A stretch of DNA of 55,068 bases from Octopus bimaculoides (lineage: Eukaryota): the NCBI RefSeq assembly GCF_001194135.2, contig NC_068982.1:103844976-103900043 (forward strand). The letters run 5' to 3'. A program made the translations under genes and the position numbers. Within the stretch, counting starts at the first letter, position 1. Each line of letters opens with the position of its first letter. The notes under the pieces were generated by a model. It saw only the letters and a program-made list of their open reading frames with translations, ran no database searches and was not told the origin of the DNA. Shown one piece after another: positions 1 through 12,053 of this stretch.

Positions 1-32
1 TATATATATATATATATATATATATTTGTATA

Positions 33-326
33 TCTATACATATGTGGAAAATCGGTGTGTGTTTGTTTGTGGCGTTGTTAACTAACTCCTACATCGTTTT
101 ATTGATTTTGATGAAACTTGACACGTGAGTAGAACTCATGTCTGGAAACCTCGTGATATACTTATGAGCGAAGGTAAAGAATTCGCACTCACGGTGTTCA
201 GGGTTAGGGTTACACCGAAAAAAAAATCGATAATACGGCCCCTGGAAATTGCTTTCTTATATCTGAGTAATAAGGCATTTCAATAGAACATCTTTACCCC
301 CGGGAATTACCGGGTACACCAGCTAG
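33..326 (+). mobile_element. Non-autonomous Helitron-like element, apparently full length
   Basis: 5' TC (TCTATAC) follows A32. 3' hairpin CCCGG-gaatta-CCGGG (299-314), then 8 nt, then CTAG (323-326) followed by T327. Inserted in an AT target within (TA)n. Confidence 0.75.
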
Positions 327-1109
327 TATATATATAATATATGTGCATGTATATATATATGCATTTTTTTTGTTTAATTTTTCTTAAAGTAACACTCAAT
401 GCCTCCTCCTCCACCTCGTCCACCCATCACCTACCTGCTTTCAATCTTTCTCTTTTAGCTGATGTCTCCCCGCATGTGTAGAATTCTACTGAAAAAGTAG
501 ACTTAAAAATACCAGACCACCACCAGAAAACCCGACATGCTAGAAACAACTGGTAAATGATATTATTTCTGAAGAAACTTCCCTGCTTTTCAAAAAGCAA
601 AAAAGTGAAACATTAGGAGTGTGTTGCAGTTTGAAAGTTATGAGGTGATGAGTAAATTTCTTGAAGATTCATACTCTCTGTTTTTTCTCCATGTATTACC
701 AAGAATAAAAATTTGAAAAAATAAAAAAATGAATATGGTGTGGAGAGAGAGAAAATTAAAATATTGCGAACGTATTTTGTGGGTGAAATCGTAATCTCCT
801 GTATCGCAAACATAGGAATCGGAAGAAATTTAGGAAACAAAATAAGTTGGGAGGGGGGATGGAAATGTCACCTCGGACATGCTAGAAAGAAAAGATAAAG
901 GACAGGATTTCTGGGAAAACTTCCTATTAAGTTTATATCGAAGATCAGATTTTTAAATATACTCATCATAAACACAAATTACACAATAGAAAACGATCAT
1001 TTCAATTGGATTTGAGCTGTAAATTTGCAGGTGCACACTGCAAGAAATAACATAATTCGCACAGAAGTTTTACCTAGAGTGTGTGTATGTGTGTCAAAGG
1101 AAGTTATTT

Positions 1110-1325
1110 TATGGCATTCTTTCGTTTGAAGAAGCAAAGTTGTCAACTCGACATATATGTGAAGCTCGCCAGAGCAGAGTGATCTGGAGCCTAACAGTAC
1201 ACTGTAGTTTGTTCGGAAAATTTTAATCCACACTGTTTTGAAGTGCAATATTCGCTTATGAAGGAGTTCGGAATGAATAGGAAGAAACGTTTATGCCCGG
1301 GATCCGTACCGTCTCTTTATCCCAA
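1110..1325 (+). pseudogene. Decayed THAP-domain coding remnant (P-element/THAP-type)
   Basis: The frame starting at 1141 reads CQLDIYVKLARAE*SGA*QYTVVCSENFNPHCFEVQYSLMKEFGMNRKKRLCPGSVPSLYP. This matches the THAP pattern W..P....CSxHF....F...L...AVPTLF, with stops. Confidence 0.55.
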
Positions 1326-1458
1326 AGGGAAACCAAACGATCTCAACGAGGTATTCTTGTTGTCTCCGTTCCGCACCTGTTATGAACGCCCACCTGTTAT
1401 GAATAAAGAAAGAAATAGGTCATGTACTGTTTAAGATTTCATTGTTTTCTTCAGACTG

Positions 1459-1570
1459 AAATTTTCACGGTAAGCTAATTGAATATATGTGTGTATGTAT
1501 GTATGTGTGTATGTATGTATGTATGTATGTATGTATGTATGTATGTTCAATTAGCTTACTGTGAAAATTT
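1459..1570. repeat. 25-bp inverted repeat flanking a (TGTA)n microsatellite
   Basis: aaattttcacggtaagctaattgaa (1459-1483) vs ttcaattagcttactgtgaaaattt (1546-1570), 1 mismatch. Confidence 0.85.
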
Positions 1571-1770
1571 AAGGGTATCGCGAAAGACCGAGTTCTTTTG
1601 CAGGGCTTAGAAATACTGAAGGACCGCTGCAATAATTGTGTGAATCTGTGAGGGCGATGTGATCTATAAACTCATAATTAACTGATCCTCCTGTATTTTC
1701 TTTTATCCAAACCCAGGGACCTTTTAGCACATCCTCGTGTGTATGTGTGTGTGTGCGTGCGTGCGTGCGC

Positions 1771-1824
<54 letters not shown>

Positions 1825-1878
1825 TCATACGTACATACATTCATACAAACACGAATTTTAAGTTAGTTAACATATGAT

Positions 1879-2153
1879 TGCGATATATTTTAACTTCAAG
1901 AGGTAACTTCACTGCAGTTACTGTGGAGAAAGAATTCTTTCTCATGGTTAAAAGGTATAAAAACGCCATATCTGCCTAGAGTTTTCTCTCTTTGGTATTC
2001 CCCATTGAGGAAGGCTAAAGTGTCAGAAACGATTGGTGAGAAGCGCTGGGAAGATACAGTGTTTTTTTTTTTACACCTTATATCATAAGAGAGGATTTTT
2101 TTTCTCCGTAGTAACTGCAGTGAATTTGCCATGAGAAGTTAAAATATGTCACA
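1879..2153. mobile_element. MITE/foldback-like element with about 65-bp imperfect TIRs
   Basis: 1879-1943 is the reverse complement of 2089-2153 (shared core ttcactgcagttac). A related partial copy of the right half lies at about 2220-2390. Confidence 0.6.
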
Positions 2154-3747
2154 AACGAACCTAAAAATCAGTCACTGATGTTGACTGTTTTTAGTTAAAG
2201 CCACGGCTTTGAATCTGTCCAGGGTCATCTCTCTTAGGTATTTCCAATTAAGAAAGGCTAAAAAGCTAGAAACAGCCGTCTGGGAATATGATAAGGGGTG
2301 GTGATGAGGGAAGCATCGGGGAAATATAAGAGAGAATTTTTTTTCTCCACGCTAACTGCAAGTGAATTTATCATGACAAGTTAAAATGGCTCGAGTATAT
2401 TTTAACTAACCTAAAGTTCGTTTATTTCTAATCACTACTTGGCGCTGATGTTACTCTGTGTGTGTGTGTGTGTGTGCGCGTGCGTGCGTGTGTGTGTGTG
2501 TGTGTGTCTGTGTATGTGTTGGAGGTGTTTGCGCGCATGTGGGTGTATTTAAATTACATACATATATATACAATGTATTTATACATACATAAATACCTAT
2601 ATATATATATATATATGCATACACACACACACACACACGCACACACACATATACGTGTGTATGCTTGTGCTTGAGCGTACTTACACTGTACTAATTATGT
2701 AATCAATCATTCTGTCACTTTTTGTCTGACGGCCAGCAACAGTATATTATTCGTTGTATAATGGACTTCACGCTGAGACTATGTAAATGGACCGTACTAT
2801 TATCATAGATAACTAAATACTCTATAAACACAAATTGTGAACACATCTGAGTAAATTTTATACCTGTTTGAAACCAAATAAACCTACTGAAAACGCATAA
2901 TTGTAGCACAACCTAATTCTTTTTCATAATAAATTTGTTGTCTTACGTTCGAGTAATAAATCTAATATCAATAAATGTTTCTGTGTGAAATAAAAATAAC
3001 GCATACTTTATTTTTGTTCATGAAACCAAACAGTTTCCATAATACTAATCGGTCACTAATTTTGTTATCTTGGTAAATATAATGGTTAGATTTGGACTCG
3101 ACTCTGAAACTTATTCGATCAGTACTCGTATCATATACTTAATTCGGACGCTAAGCGGCTGTTCCTCTCATTTGAGATTAGACATGTTTTATACAGCTTG
3201 GCAGGAAGAAATTTTAAGTCTTGCATAGAGTGAATGCTGTAAGAATAGAAAACCTAGGCTGTGATCTCGTTTTGATTACTTATTCTAGCTTTTTCATCCC
3301 ATTTACCTTTCCCATTCGCATCAGCATCCAATTTTCTGCAAATATTCGTTTCCTTGAGACAGAGTAGTAAAATCTTAATGAGTTACAGTCATTTTTTAGC
3401 TTAGAAAAATTTAAAACTGTACTGCCTGTCATTAATTTCTCTCTCGTCACCTTTTCCCTGAAGAAGGACACTATCCGAAATGTCGAATTTTTCACTCTAC
3501 ATGGCAAGTTCACTGTATTCTTGTTATCAATGTTATTAAATAACGCAAGTCTTGTTGCTGCAGACCTACATCCAGTCTCTTTGGAGTCTGGTCATATAAA
3601 AGCTGTATACGTAATGTTGACTAGATGCAAAGTATATATATACTTAAATTTGAGTTGGTAGAAAGTCTGCTATATATCAAACTATTTTAAATCATTTATT
3701 ATTGGTATTGATGGCGAAATTTTCTTAATTCTTAAATAAAAACTTAC

Positions 3748-3835
3748 CTTTGTTCACTATATGAAACATTATATTCCCAGTTTATCATTGGTTATCATGT
3801 TCCAGATTGAGTCCTCAGATATTTAATGTAGCAAA
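3748..3835 (-). other. Candidate exon of a minus-strand spliced transcript
   Basis: Acceptor ttattattttttcag, donor AAG|gtaagt. No frame is open throughout; ATG at 3788 gives MINWEYNVSYSEQ. Confidence 0.4.
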
Positions 3836-4199
3836 CTGAAAAAATAATAAATAAGTGTAAGGGAATTAATCACTGTTGTGATCGATTGAAAAGATATTAC
3901 TTTATTGATTAATTTTGAGCAGAACGGGCTGGGAAGACAACTTTGGAACTTATATTAGTTAAAAACAATCACAAAATGAACAAGGTCATGTAACGAGGCG
4001 CAAATCTGATGTTTGGCAAGTTCAGTGACAACTCCGAACATATTTTGAGTTTATTAGATCTCAGCACGGTATAGTTTTAGCAATACTAATCAGATCAAAG
4101 ATGGCTGAGCGATTTACATAAATATTTTGAGTGAATAATGCCTTGTGAGTGAATTTGATAAACAGAAACTGTGAGAAAATATGTGTGCGCGCACGTGTG

Positions 4200-4405
4200 C
4201 GTGTCTCCTACCACCGCCTGACGACTGGTGTTGGTTTATTTACGTCCCCATGACATAGCGGTTTAGCAAAATGAGACGGATAGAATAATTGTTAGACTTA
4301 AAAAATAAGTACAAAGGTCGACTTATTTGACTTATTCGACTAATCTCTTCAAGGCAGTGTCCCAGTATGGCCACAGTTCAGTGACTGAAATAAATAAAAG
4401 ATAAG
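4200..4405 (+). mobile_element. Degenerate 3' half of SINE family A
   Basis: Similar to the 3' part of the intact copy at 36001-36410. Confidence 0.6.
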
Positions 4406-6499
4406 ATGTCGAACAATAGCTGAAATAAAAAAAAAGATAAAATGTCGAACAATAGCTGATAAAAACAAAATGTTAAACAGGATGACAGAAGAAAACTGTC
4501 ATAACACTGATCTTACTGTCATAACATTTAAGGCCCACGTCATTAAGATGACAAGGGCGCTGACTTATTTTTATGCTAAACCGGAGCATATTCAGTCAGG
4601 AACCAACAAAGACCATACACATACTGCGGAACGTGAGTAGAACTTTCAAACTTTTTTTTAATGGAACTTTGATGATTGGTTATTATATTCATTAGTGAAT
4701 GCATTCTAGTCTTTAGAATTGGCAGGTTAATGGCGTTATTGTATTATTTTTAATAATAAAACAGTGTGCCAAATTAGTTTGGTACCTTGTGATTTCGGGT
4801 CGAAATTACTCCGGAATTAATTTATCTTTCATCCAGATATTTTCTTTTGCTTAGTCAGCAGAAAGGACGGTTGCTATGAACTTTCACAGAATCTCGGGGG
4901 CTGGTGGGTAGGAAGGAGGGGAAATATCCTCAAACCGGAGACCTAGTCCAACTGTTTGCAACAGAGAGGACTCCGATAAAGGCATCAAGGACCTGATAGT
5001 GGTGTTAAACTGGGTGACGGATTAAATCTGCCACGTATGTAGTCTACTGTTCCATACAAGTATTTTATTTATCAGCCCTCGAAAAAAGGCAAAGTTAACC
5101 TCGGTTTAATTTGAACTCAGAACACCAGAAGTCAGAATAAATGCGCTCTAACAACTCTTACTGTTCGATTAAATAACATGATGGATTAAAAATAGTGGTT
5201 TCAGCTTTGGCACAAAGCCAGCACTTTTAGTACTTTATTTTATCGACCCTAGAAGGATGAAAGGCAAAGTTGATCGCGACGGAAATTGAACTCAGAACGT
5301 AAAGAACCAGAACAAATTTAAATTACTAATTTCTTGTTTAGCTTTCATTTATCTAACACAATTGTGGTAAATTGAATCAAATATAAAACAGACTCTTCAC
5401 CTTCGTAAATCTTCTGCTTTTTCTCACAATTTCAGTCACTCTTGACATGTTGATTATATGACTTCTTCAACAAAATCTAGTACTGGACTTGATGCCTTCC
5501 CTCAAGATTTCACTCTACATTTTGCTTCCTTCCCCAACTGTTTTTCTCACCCTACCAAACTGCAATAATTAAATTTAAATATAAATCACATTATTCTAAT
5601 CAAATTCTTTCTGGAACTTCGTTTTTGCTCTACATAAGCACAAACATTCTAGAACATCCCCAACATCGACTAACTGGCAAGGATTTATTCAGCAACACTC
5701 TACAGTTACTAATTTACAGTTCCCGTCTTTTCTACTGCTACGACAGTGGCTTCTGCTTCTTTGGCTCATGAAAATACATACCCTGCCACCGGTTATCAAT
5801 GGACCCTCCTCTTAGTAATCATTCCGTGCCCCACTCTACAAATTCTGAATTATGATTTACTTAGTCCATCTTCTATGAACTCCAACACTCGAAACCTTAC
5901 TCGTTGCCTTTGTCTTCCACACTGGCGTCAACCTACAGTAATTCAAACTATATCAACTACATCTACATAATCAATCTGGAAGATCCTTTTATGTAAATTT
6001 TACCACATTTCACTTCATTTTAACCTCCTGCATACTTATGGGGTGGGGGTGGGGGGTAAACTCAAGGGCTGACCCAGGCAGCACACGTTCTAGCTACGTC
6101 ACTGCTCTCTCAACCTTAAGACATTATATGAGATGAAAACTGTTTCACAAAGTGAATTTATTCAAATGAAAAAACAAACTATATCTTATTATTTCGAAAA
6201 TGATAAATACCACATGTTTGTTTTTTTTATGAACTATGTTTTATTAAAAGACACCGTATCAAGCAGGGCCTCAGATTATTTTCACGGAGGCCTGCTGTTC
6301 CTCGGAATCCACTTAAAGAACTGGTTTAGGTATATCGACCCAGTATTCAGCTGGTTCTTTAGGCAAAGTTAGCCACAAATGGATTCAAAAGCAGAACGCT
6401 AAAAAGCGCAACTATATACCGTAAGACACCTAGTTCGATAGTATCTCTTATACCAAATCACCACCTTTAATAATATAGTAATTAATCGTTTCCTCGACA

Positions 6500-7400
6500 C
6501 AGAAGAAATTCAAAACACTTAATCTGTCACACTTATGTAAAAAGATGACATCTTGACGAACCGTTGTTTGAACGATGTCACACTCTATAAAGTAATGACT
6601 TCTATATGTTGAAAGTCACAATCTAAAGGAGCGCACTGTATCTATTGTCATTTTATTCACATAGACGATACATTATAGGAATATATATTAATCTCAGTAC
6701 TTTACTGAAACTATATTTTATAAACATCAAAATAGTTAAAATGCAATTTTCACATCGATGGGATGCGAGCTTAGAACGTAAAGGGAGATAACTTATTACA
6801 GTCCATAATTTTCTCCAACGTTGTAACAATTCAACCACGAACTCCGTATATTCCTTTAGGCTTATTTTAGGGATTTTGAAAAGACGAAAAATTAAGACGA
6901 CTCGGTAGAGTATTAATACATAGCATACAGGGACGTGGCTAATTACAGCGAGACGTTTTATCAAGTTATTAGTTTTTCGACTTAATACAACAATCAAGCA
7001 GTATTTCAGGGGAGATAACTCGGACACAACATTATGTTCAGATGGAAATGACGACCAAATAGCTCGGTACTACTGACTAAAAGCAGGGAACATCGGTTCG
7101 ATGAAGCCCATTGATCGTAGGCACAGACACTAAGGTTAGGTTACGTTAGGAGTGGCTAATATCAACAATTGCATTACGAAAGACAGAGTAATAAATACAG
7201 TACTGTACTTTTAATCAAGCATGCTATCCAATCTGACAGTGTAAAATACCTGTACACTGTAAATATACGCTATAATACAGTAAATTCAAAGTCTGCCTTA
7301 CCATGGATGGTTAAGAAGTGTTGTTGATGTGCCGTGATTTTGTCCGCTGCTTCCGAAATCAGTTAAAGAAAGGTCCATAGTACCAAGGTATGAGTGCACA
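6500..7400. promoter_or_regulatory. CpG-retaining putative bidirectional promoter / first-exon region
   Basis: Visibly more CpG than the flanks. Minus-strand donor ATG|gtaagg at 7302/7301 and plus-strand donor CAAG|gtatga at 7387/7388 lie 85 bp apart. ETS-like CGGAAG motif on the minus strand near 7350. Confidence 0.5.
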
Positions 7401-7614
7401 TACATAGATATACATATACAGGTCATACACTAACGACTAAAACAAGTCCTCCCTCCCTAGAATGTATTCCTTCTAAAATTGTCTCCCTGCTCCTATGTTT
7501 ACAGCAGTCACTGACTTGCAACATTTTAAAGGAAAGATTAGCTGTCTCAAAACGAATAATCTTAGAGTGCCTGCAAAAGCTATAGGTTCTGCCCCTACCT
7601 CAGATCTAGCAAAA

Positions 7615-7649
<35 letters not shown>

Positions 7650-7699
7650 AATCAACATACATTTATATTATTTGTTTCAGGTAAAAATCAATATACACA

Positions 7700-9001
7700 A
7701 TGCAGTCTATATATTTTATGCTGCTTCTTCTTATCACATTTTCAGGTAAGTATATTTCTATGAATTAATGAATCATATTAATAAGCTAATTGCTAAAGAG
7801 GTGCTGACAAAGTTAAAGTAAGCAGAGTGAAGCCAATTGGCACAGATTGACTTTGAACTCTGTTGCACATGGACACTAAGTTATAACATTCTCGCTCACT
7901 TCTGTTGTTTTATGATAGTGCTTGGAAGCAAAGTGTGAAGAGTGTAGTCACTTCAAAAAGAAGATCGGGTTTCAGATGAGCAGGGTCTCCTTGATTATGT
8001 TAATAAGGGTCATAAGAGGTGACAAATTGTAGGTCTATGGCTAATACTCGAAAGGAACAAGATTTCAAGATGCTGAGGAAATCCAAGAAAATGTTACAAG
8101 GCAGCTGCTTGCTATCCCAAAAACGGAGTTCTGGGAATGCTTCCATCAATGGAAACAACGCTGGTATGGCTTCAGAAGGGAACTACTAAATGCCAAGTTG
8201 ATGTGTGGTATAGTTTTTTTTTTTATGTAGTACCTGTCCTAATGGAGGCGCAATGGCCCAGTGGTTAGGGCAGCGCACTCGCGGTTTCGATTCCCAGACC
8301 GGGCCTTGTGAGTGTTTATTGAGCGAAAACACCTAAAGCTCCACGAGGCTCAGGCAGGGGATGGTGGCGAACTCTGCTGTACTCTTTCGCCACAACTTTC
8401 TCTCACTCTTACTTCCTGTTTCTGTTGTGCCTGTAATTCAAAGGGTCAGCCTTGTCACACTGTGTCACGCTGAATCTCCCCGAGACCTACGTTAAGGGTA
8501 CACGAGCAGGCTGTTCCATTGATCGGATCAACTGGAACCCTCGACGTCGTAAGCGACGGAGTGCCAACAACCTGTCCTAATACTTTCTGATCAGACCTCG
8601 TATATATATATGTGTGCGTGCGCGCGTGTTTGTCTATGTGTGTGTATGTGTGTGTGTGTGTTTTGAGTGTAAGTCAGTAAAACCATTATATTGGTAAATA
8701 TACAGACTTGTGAAATTTAAACAAAAGTGAAGAATATGCATTAATTTCTTGTTTTGAGAAAAAATCTTTTGTTTTTACAGTATTTTGCAATGGTTTGAAA
8801 AAGGAGACGACCAAGAAAAAAGGGAAACAACTCAATGACGACCCACTTAAATTAATTTTGGCTCAAAATAACTGGAAGGAATTAGCTTCAAAATTTATTT
8901 CGGACGTTGCCTCTAACATAGATATGAACAAAGTAATGAAGATGGTAAAAAGTTTCAATGTATCATCCTTTCTGAAGGACTTTCAGAAAAAAGAGTTATA
9001 A
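7700..9001 (+). CDS. Small secretory-pathway protein, 88 aa, spliced (7700-7745 + 8781-9001)
   Basis: Acceptor tttgtttcag (7680), ATG 7700, donor TCAG|gtaagt (7746), acceptor ttttgtttttacag (8780). The phase-1 join gives MQSIYFMLLLLITFSVFCNG-LKKETTKKKGKQLNDDPLKLILAQNNWKELASKFISDVASNIDMNKVMKMVKSFNVSSFLKDFQKKEL*. AATAAA at 9073 and 9096; non-coding upstream exon ends at 7387. Confidence 0.8.
7794..8602 (+). mobile_element. Internally deleted mariner derivative in intron, interrupted by a SINE
   Basis: Right TIR ...tactttctgatcagacctcgTA. Transposase scraps (IRGDKL; EFWECFHQWKQRW). Left TIR is degenerate. Confidence 0.55.
8244..8569 (+). mobile_element. tRNA-derived SINE family B with 12-bp TSD
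   Basis: A-box TGGCCCAGTGG, B-box GGTTTCGATTCC, (CAA) tail. TSD acctgtcctaat at 8232-8243 and 8570-8581. Confidence 0.9.
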
Positions 9002-11349
9002 TTTTAAATGACGCAATGATAAAATGATATTCTTATGGTTGTAGGTCTAACTAAAGAACTGTTGTAAGAATGAATAAATTTTGAAGTATTTTTGTAATAA
9101 ACGCAACATGTATATGATAATATGATATGTCATTAACATATTTCAACATTATTCCTATATGTCACACTTTGGACACTGTTTATAATTTAATCTGTATACT
9201 AGTCTATGGTTAATAAACAGGCAGGTCTGTGTGGTTAAGAAGTTTCCTTCCAAACCATATAGTTTTGGGTACTACGTGGAACCTTGTTAGTGTCTTCTAG
9301 TATAGCTCTGGATTAACCAAATAACAGTGAAATCTATGTCAAATTACAACCCACTGTTTAGAATACAGTGGATAATATAATTCCAGATAAGTAAAAAAAT
9401 GTAAAGACCCTCTTTGTTCATGAATGACCAAGGGATTGCACCTAGAAAGTTACCCTCCAAGACGCAAGTCTGGGCAAGGTTTATGGATGACTAGCAGTTG
9501 CCCATGCATACCAGCCTCCCCCTCTCCATACCACTGGTATTAACCAAGTGAAAGACAAAGGCTGATACAGCTTGGCACCAGTGATGTCGCAACTCATTTC
9601 TGCAGCCGAATGAACTGGAGCAATGTGAAAGAAAGTGTTTTGCTGAAGAACACAACACATAGCACAGTATGGCTTCAAATTTTGGTACCGGGCCAGTAAT
9701 TTTTGAGGAGAAGGTAAGTCTATTACATCAACCCCAGTGTTCAACTGGTACTTATTTTATCAACCCTGAAGATGAAAGTTAACCTCAGTGGAATTCAGAC
9801 TCAGAATGTAAAGATAAACAAAATACCACCAAGCATTTCGTCCAGCATGCTAATAGTTCTGTTAACTCACTGCCTTAATGAGGATCTTATTGTATACAGT
9901 GCTCGCGTGCATTTATGCAAACATTACATTGATATAAACAGTGTTTTTTTTCAATATTGCTCTAATAAAATCAGGCTGTCTATAGGTTGGAAATACAAGA
10001 AGTATGTTGAAGCCTATGCTTCTCTGAGAATGATTAATAAAACTTAAATAAGCCTGGAGTTGTCTCCCATACTTACTGAAATAATCAAAATATTAACCAT
10101 TGCATTGATGTTGTCTTTTCCTAACTCCATTAAGTATTTTTAATTTCTGTCCAACCCATGCCAGTTTGGAAAATAAATGTTAAATGATGATGATGATGAT
10201 GAGATGGTGGTGGTGGTGGTGGTGGTGGTGGTGGTGGCATATTTGGTGTTCACTGGATTAAATATTAACTATTGCTTTTCATGTTGATGGCATCTCTAAC
10301 CTCAATGCATATTTTCAAGAATGTGAGAGCTCACATGGCTGCAGTCAACAGAAGAAATCTAGTTTTTAATATCAGTGAGGATTGTCGTCATAATTTTCAT
10401 TAGACTGCTGTCTACACAAGATCTCACTGAAACATTTATGTACTCATTGGTTGTAATGACTATTTGCCCATATGGTTCCTCTACAAGGGTCCATTTTAAT
10501 CAAGCAACTTCAAAACCATGGTTATAGTTAGTGAAAGAAAAATGCCAGATCAAATAATTACATTTACAGGCTATTGGAGGCACTGTCAAAGATACGCAGA
10601 AGATACAAGACGTTTAGTATGTGATATTATCCACTTATGCAATTACATACATGCTTGCATCTTGTATGTGTGTGCATGTTTGCATGTATATGTGTATACA
10701 TGTATACATGTGAGCATGTATGTATTTGCACATTAATACATGTGTGCAAGCAAGCAAGCATGCATACATACATACATACATAAGTGCATGCACACGCAGA
10801 CACACATGCACACGTGCATACATACATACATACATACATACAAACATACATACATACATAGAATGCATTAGATCAGTCTTCCAATAAATCTTTGCAATTT
10901 GTTGTCTACTAAGTGTATGATTACATAAAACGTTGCACAAAATTCTAGTATACCATAATAAAATAAAGCAAAAAAGAAATTTTCCTGAATTTTGTTATGA
11001 AAAATATTTAATAATTTTTATCTATTATATTTGAAACATATTTAGACAACATATGTAATTTATATATATTTTATAAAACAATATCTGGCATTTACACTGT
11101 CTCCAGTGTGTCCACTAAGTACCATCCAAAATATATAATTGATAAGTCATGAAGAACACAAGGTTGATTGATGTATCATTGTTATATCTGGCCGAGGTGA
11201 GTGGCAATGTATGAATTTTCACATAATGTTTGAGTAGATTCTTAATTCACATCAGTTGTTCTTCAGTGGAGACAGTCAGAGCTGCAATAAAAGAAAATTA
11301 TTGCTATTGTAAATATTTTACTGTAATAAAAATAAATAACTAAATCATA

Positions 11350-11506
11350 GGTGTGGGCATGGCTGTGTGGTGCGAAGCTTGCTTCTCAACCACATGATTC
11401 TAGGTTCAGTCCCACTGTGCGGCACTATTCTGCTATAGCTTCGAGCTGACCAAAGCCTTTTAAGTAGATTTGGTAGACAGAAACTGAAAGAAGCATGCTG
11501 TATGTA
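11350..11506 (+). mobile_element. SINE family A, 5' half
   Basis: Head ggctgtgtgg...gttcagtcccac matches 36001 onward. Ends at an N gap. Confidence 0.75.
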
Positions 11507-11653
11507 NNNNNNNNNNNNNNNNNNNNNNNNNNNNNNNNNNNNNNNNNNNNNNNNNNNNNNNNNNNNNNNNNNNNNNNNNNNNNNNNNNNNNNNNNNNNNN
11601 NNNNNNGATCTTATAGATGTTTAATGTTTGTAAATATTTGTCTAGTGCAGGGG

Positions 11654-12046
11654 TTACTCTTTTACTTGTTTCAGTCATTTGACTGCGGCCATGCTGGAGC
11701 ACCTCATTTAGTCGAGAAAATCGACCCCAGGACTTATTCTTTGTAAGCCTAGTACTTTATTGTATTGGTCTCTTTTTGACAAACCGCTAGGTTACGGGGA
11801 CGTAAACACACCAGCATCGGTTGTCAAGCGATGGTGGGGGGATAAACACAGACACACAAACACACATACATATATATATACATATATACGACGGGCTTCT
11901 TTCAGTTTCCATCTACCAAATCCACTCACAAGGCTTTGGTCGGCCCGAGGCTATAGTAGAAGACACTTGTCCAAGGTGCCATGCAGTGGGACTGAACCCG
12001 GAATCATGTGGTTGGTAAGCAAGCTACTTACCACACAGCCACTCCT
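11654..12046 (-). mobile_element. SINE family A, complete
   Basis: Near-identical to copies at 22363, 23004, 36001 and 53038. Internal (TA/CA) microsatellite. Confidence 0.9.
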
Positions 12047-12053
12047 ATATACA

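Noticed and set aside
201-212. gggttagggtta telomere-like repeat
   Set aside because: Only two units, inside a Helitron-like element; not an interstitial telomere array.
3280-3600. Minus ORF MNLPCRVK..., extendable to about 105 codons
   Set aside because: No recognisable domain, no convincing in-frame splice context; partly resembles the foldback family near 2100.
5450-6000. Possible very old LINE RT scrap (KSSTGLDAFPQDF)
   Set aside because: Too degenerate to support a call.
6653-7027. 124-aa hydrophobic minus ORF, vaguely GPCR-like
   Set aside because: No diagnostic motifs; non-ATG start; better explained as promoter-proximal or intronic DNA.
8244-8300. tRNA-like heads of SINEs as tRNA genes; periodic repeats as CRISPR
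   Set aside because: The heads run into SINE bodies with TSDs and lack acceptor stems; no repeat-spacer array is present, and the sequence is eukaryotic.
10627-10940. ORFs rich in MYVC/HT repeats here and at 1569, 2451, 34533-34867, 38488 and 51279
   Set aside because: Translations of microsatellites.
11100-11283. Strong minus acceptor at 11284 as an alternative last exon
   Set aside because: All frames stop within 12 codons; 14551-14441 is a much better terminal exon. Could still be a UTR exon.
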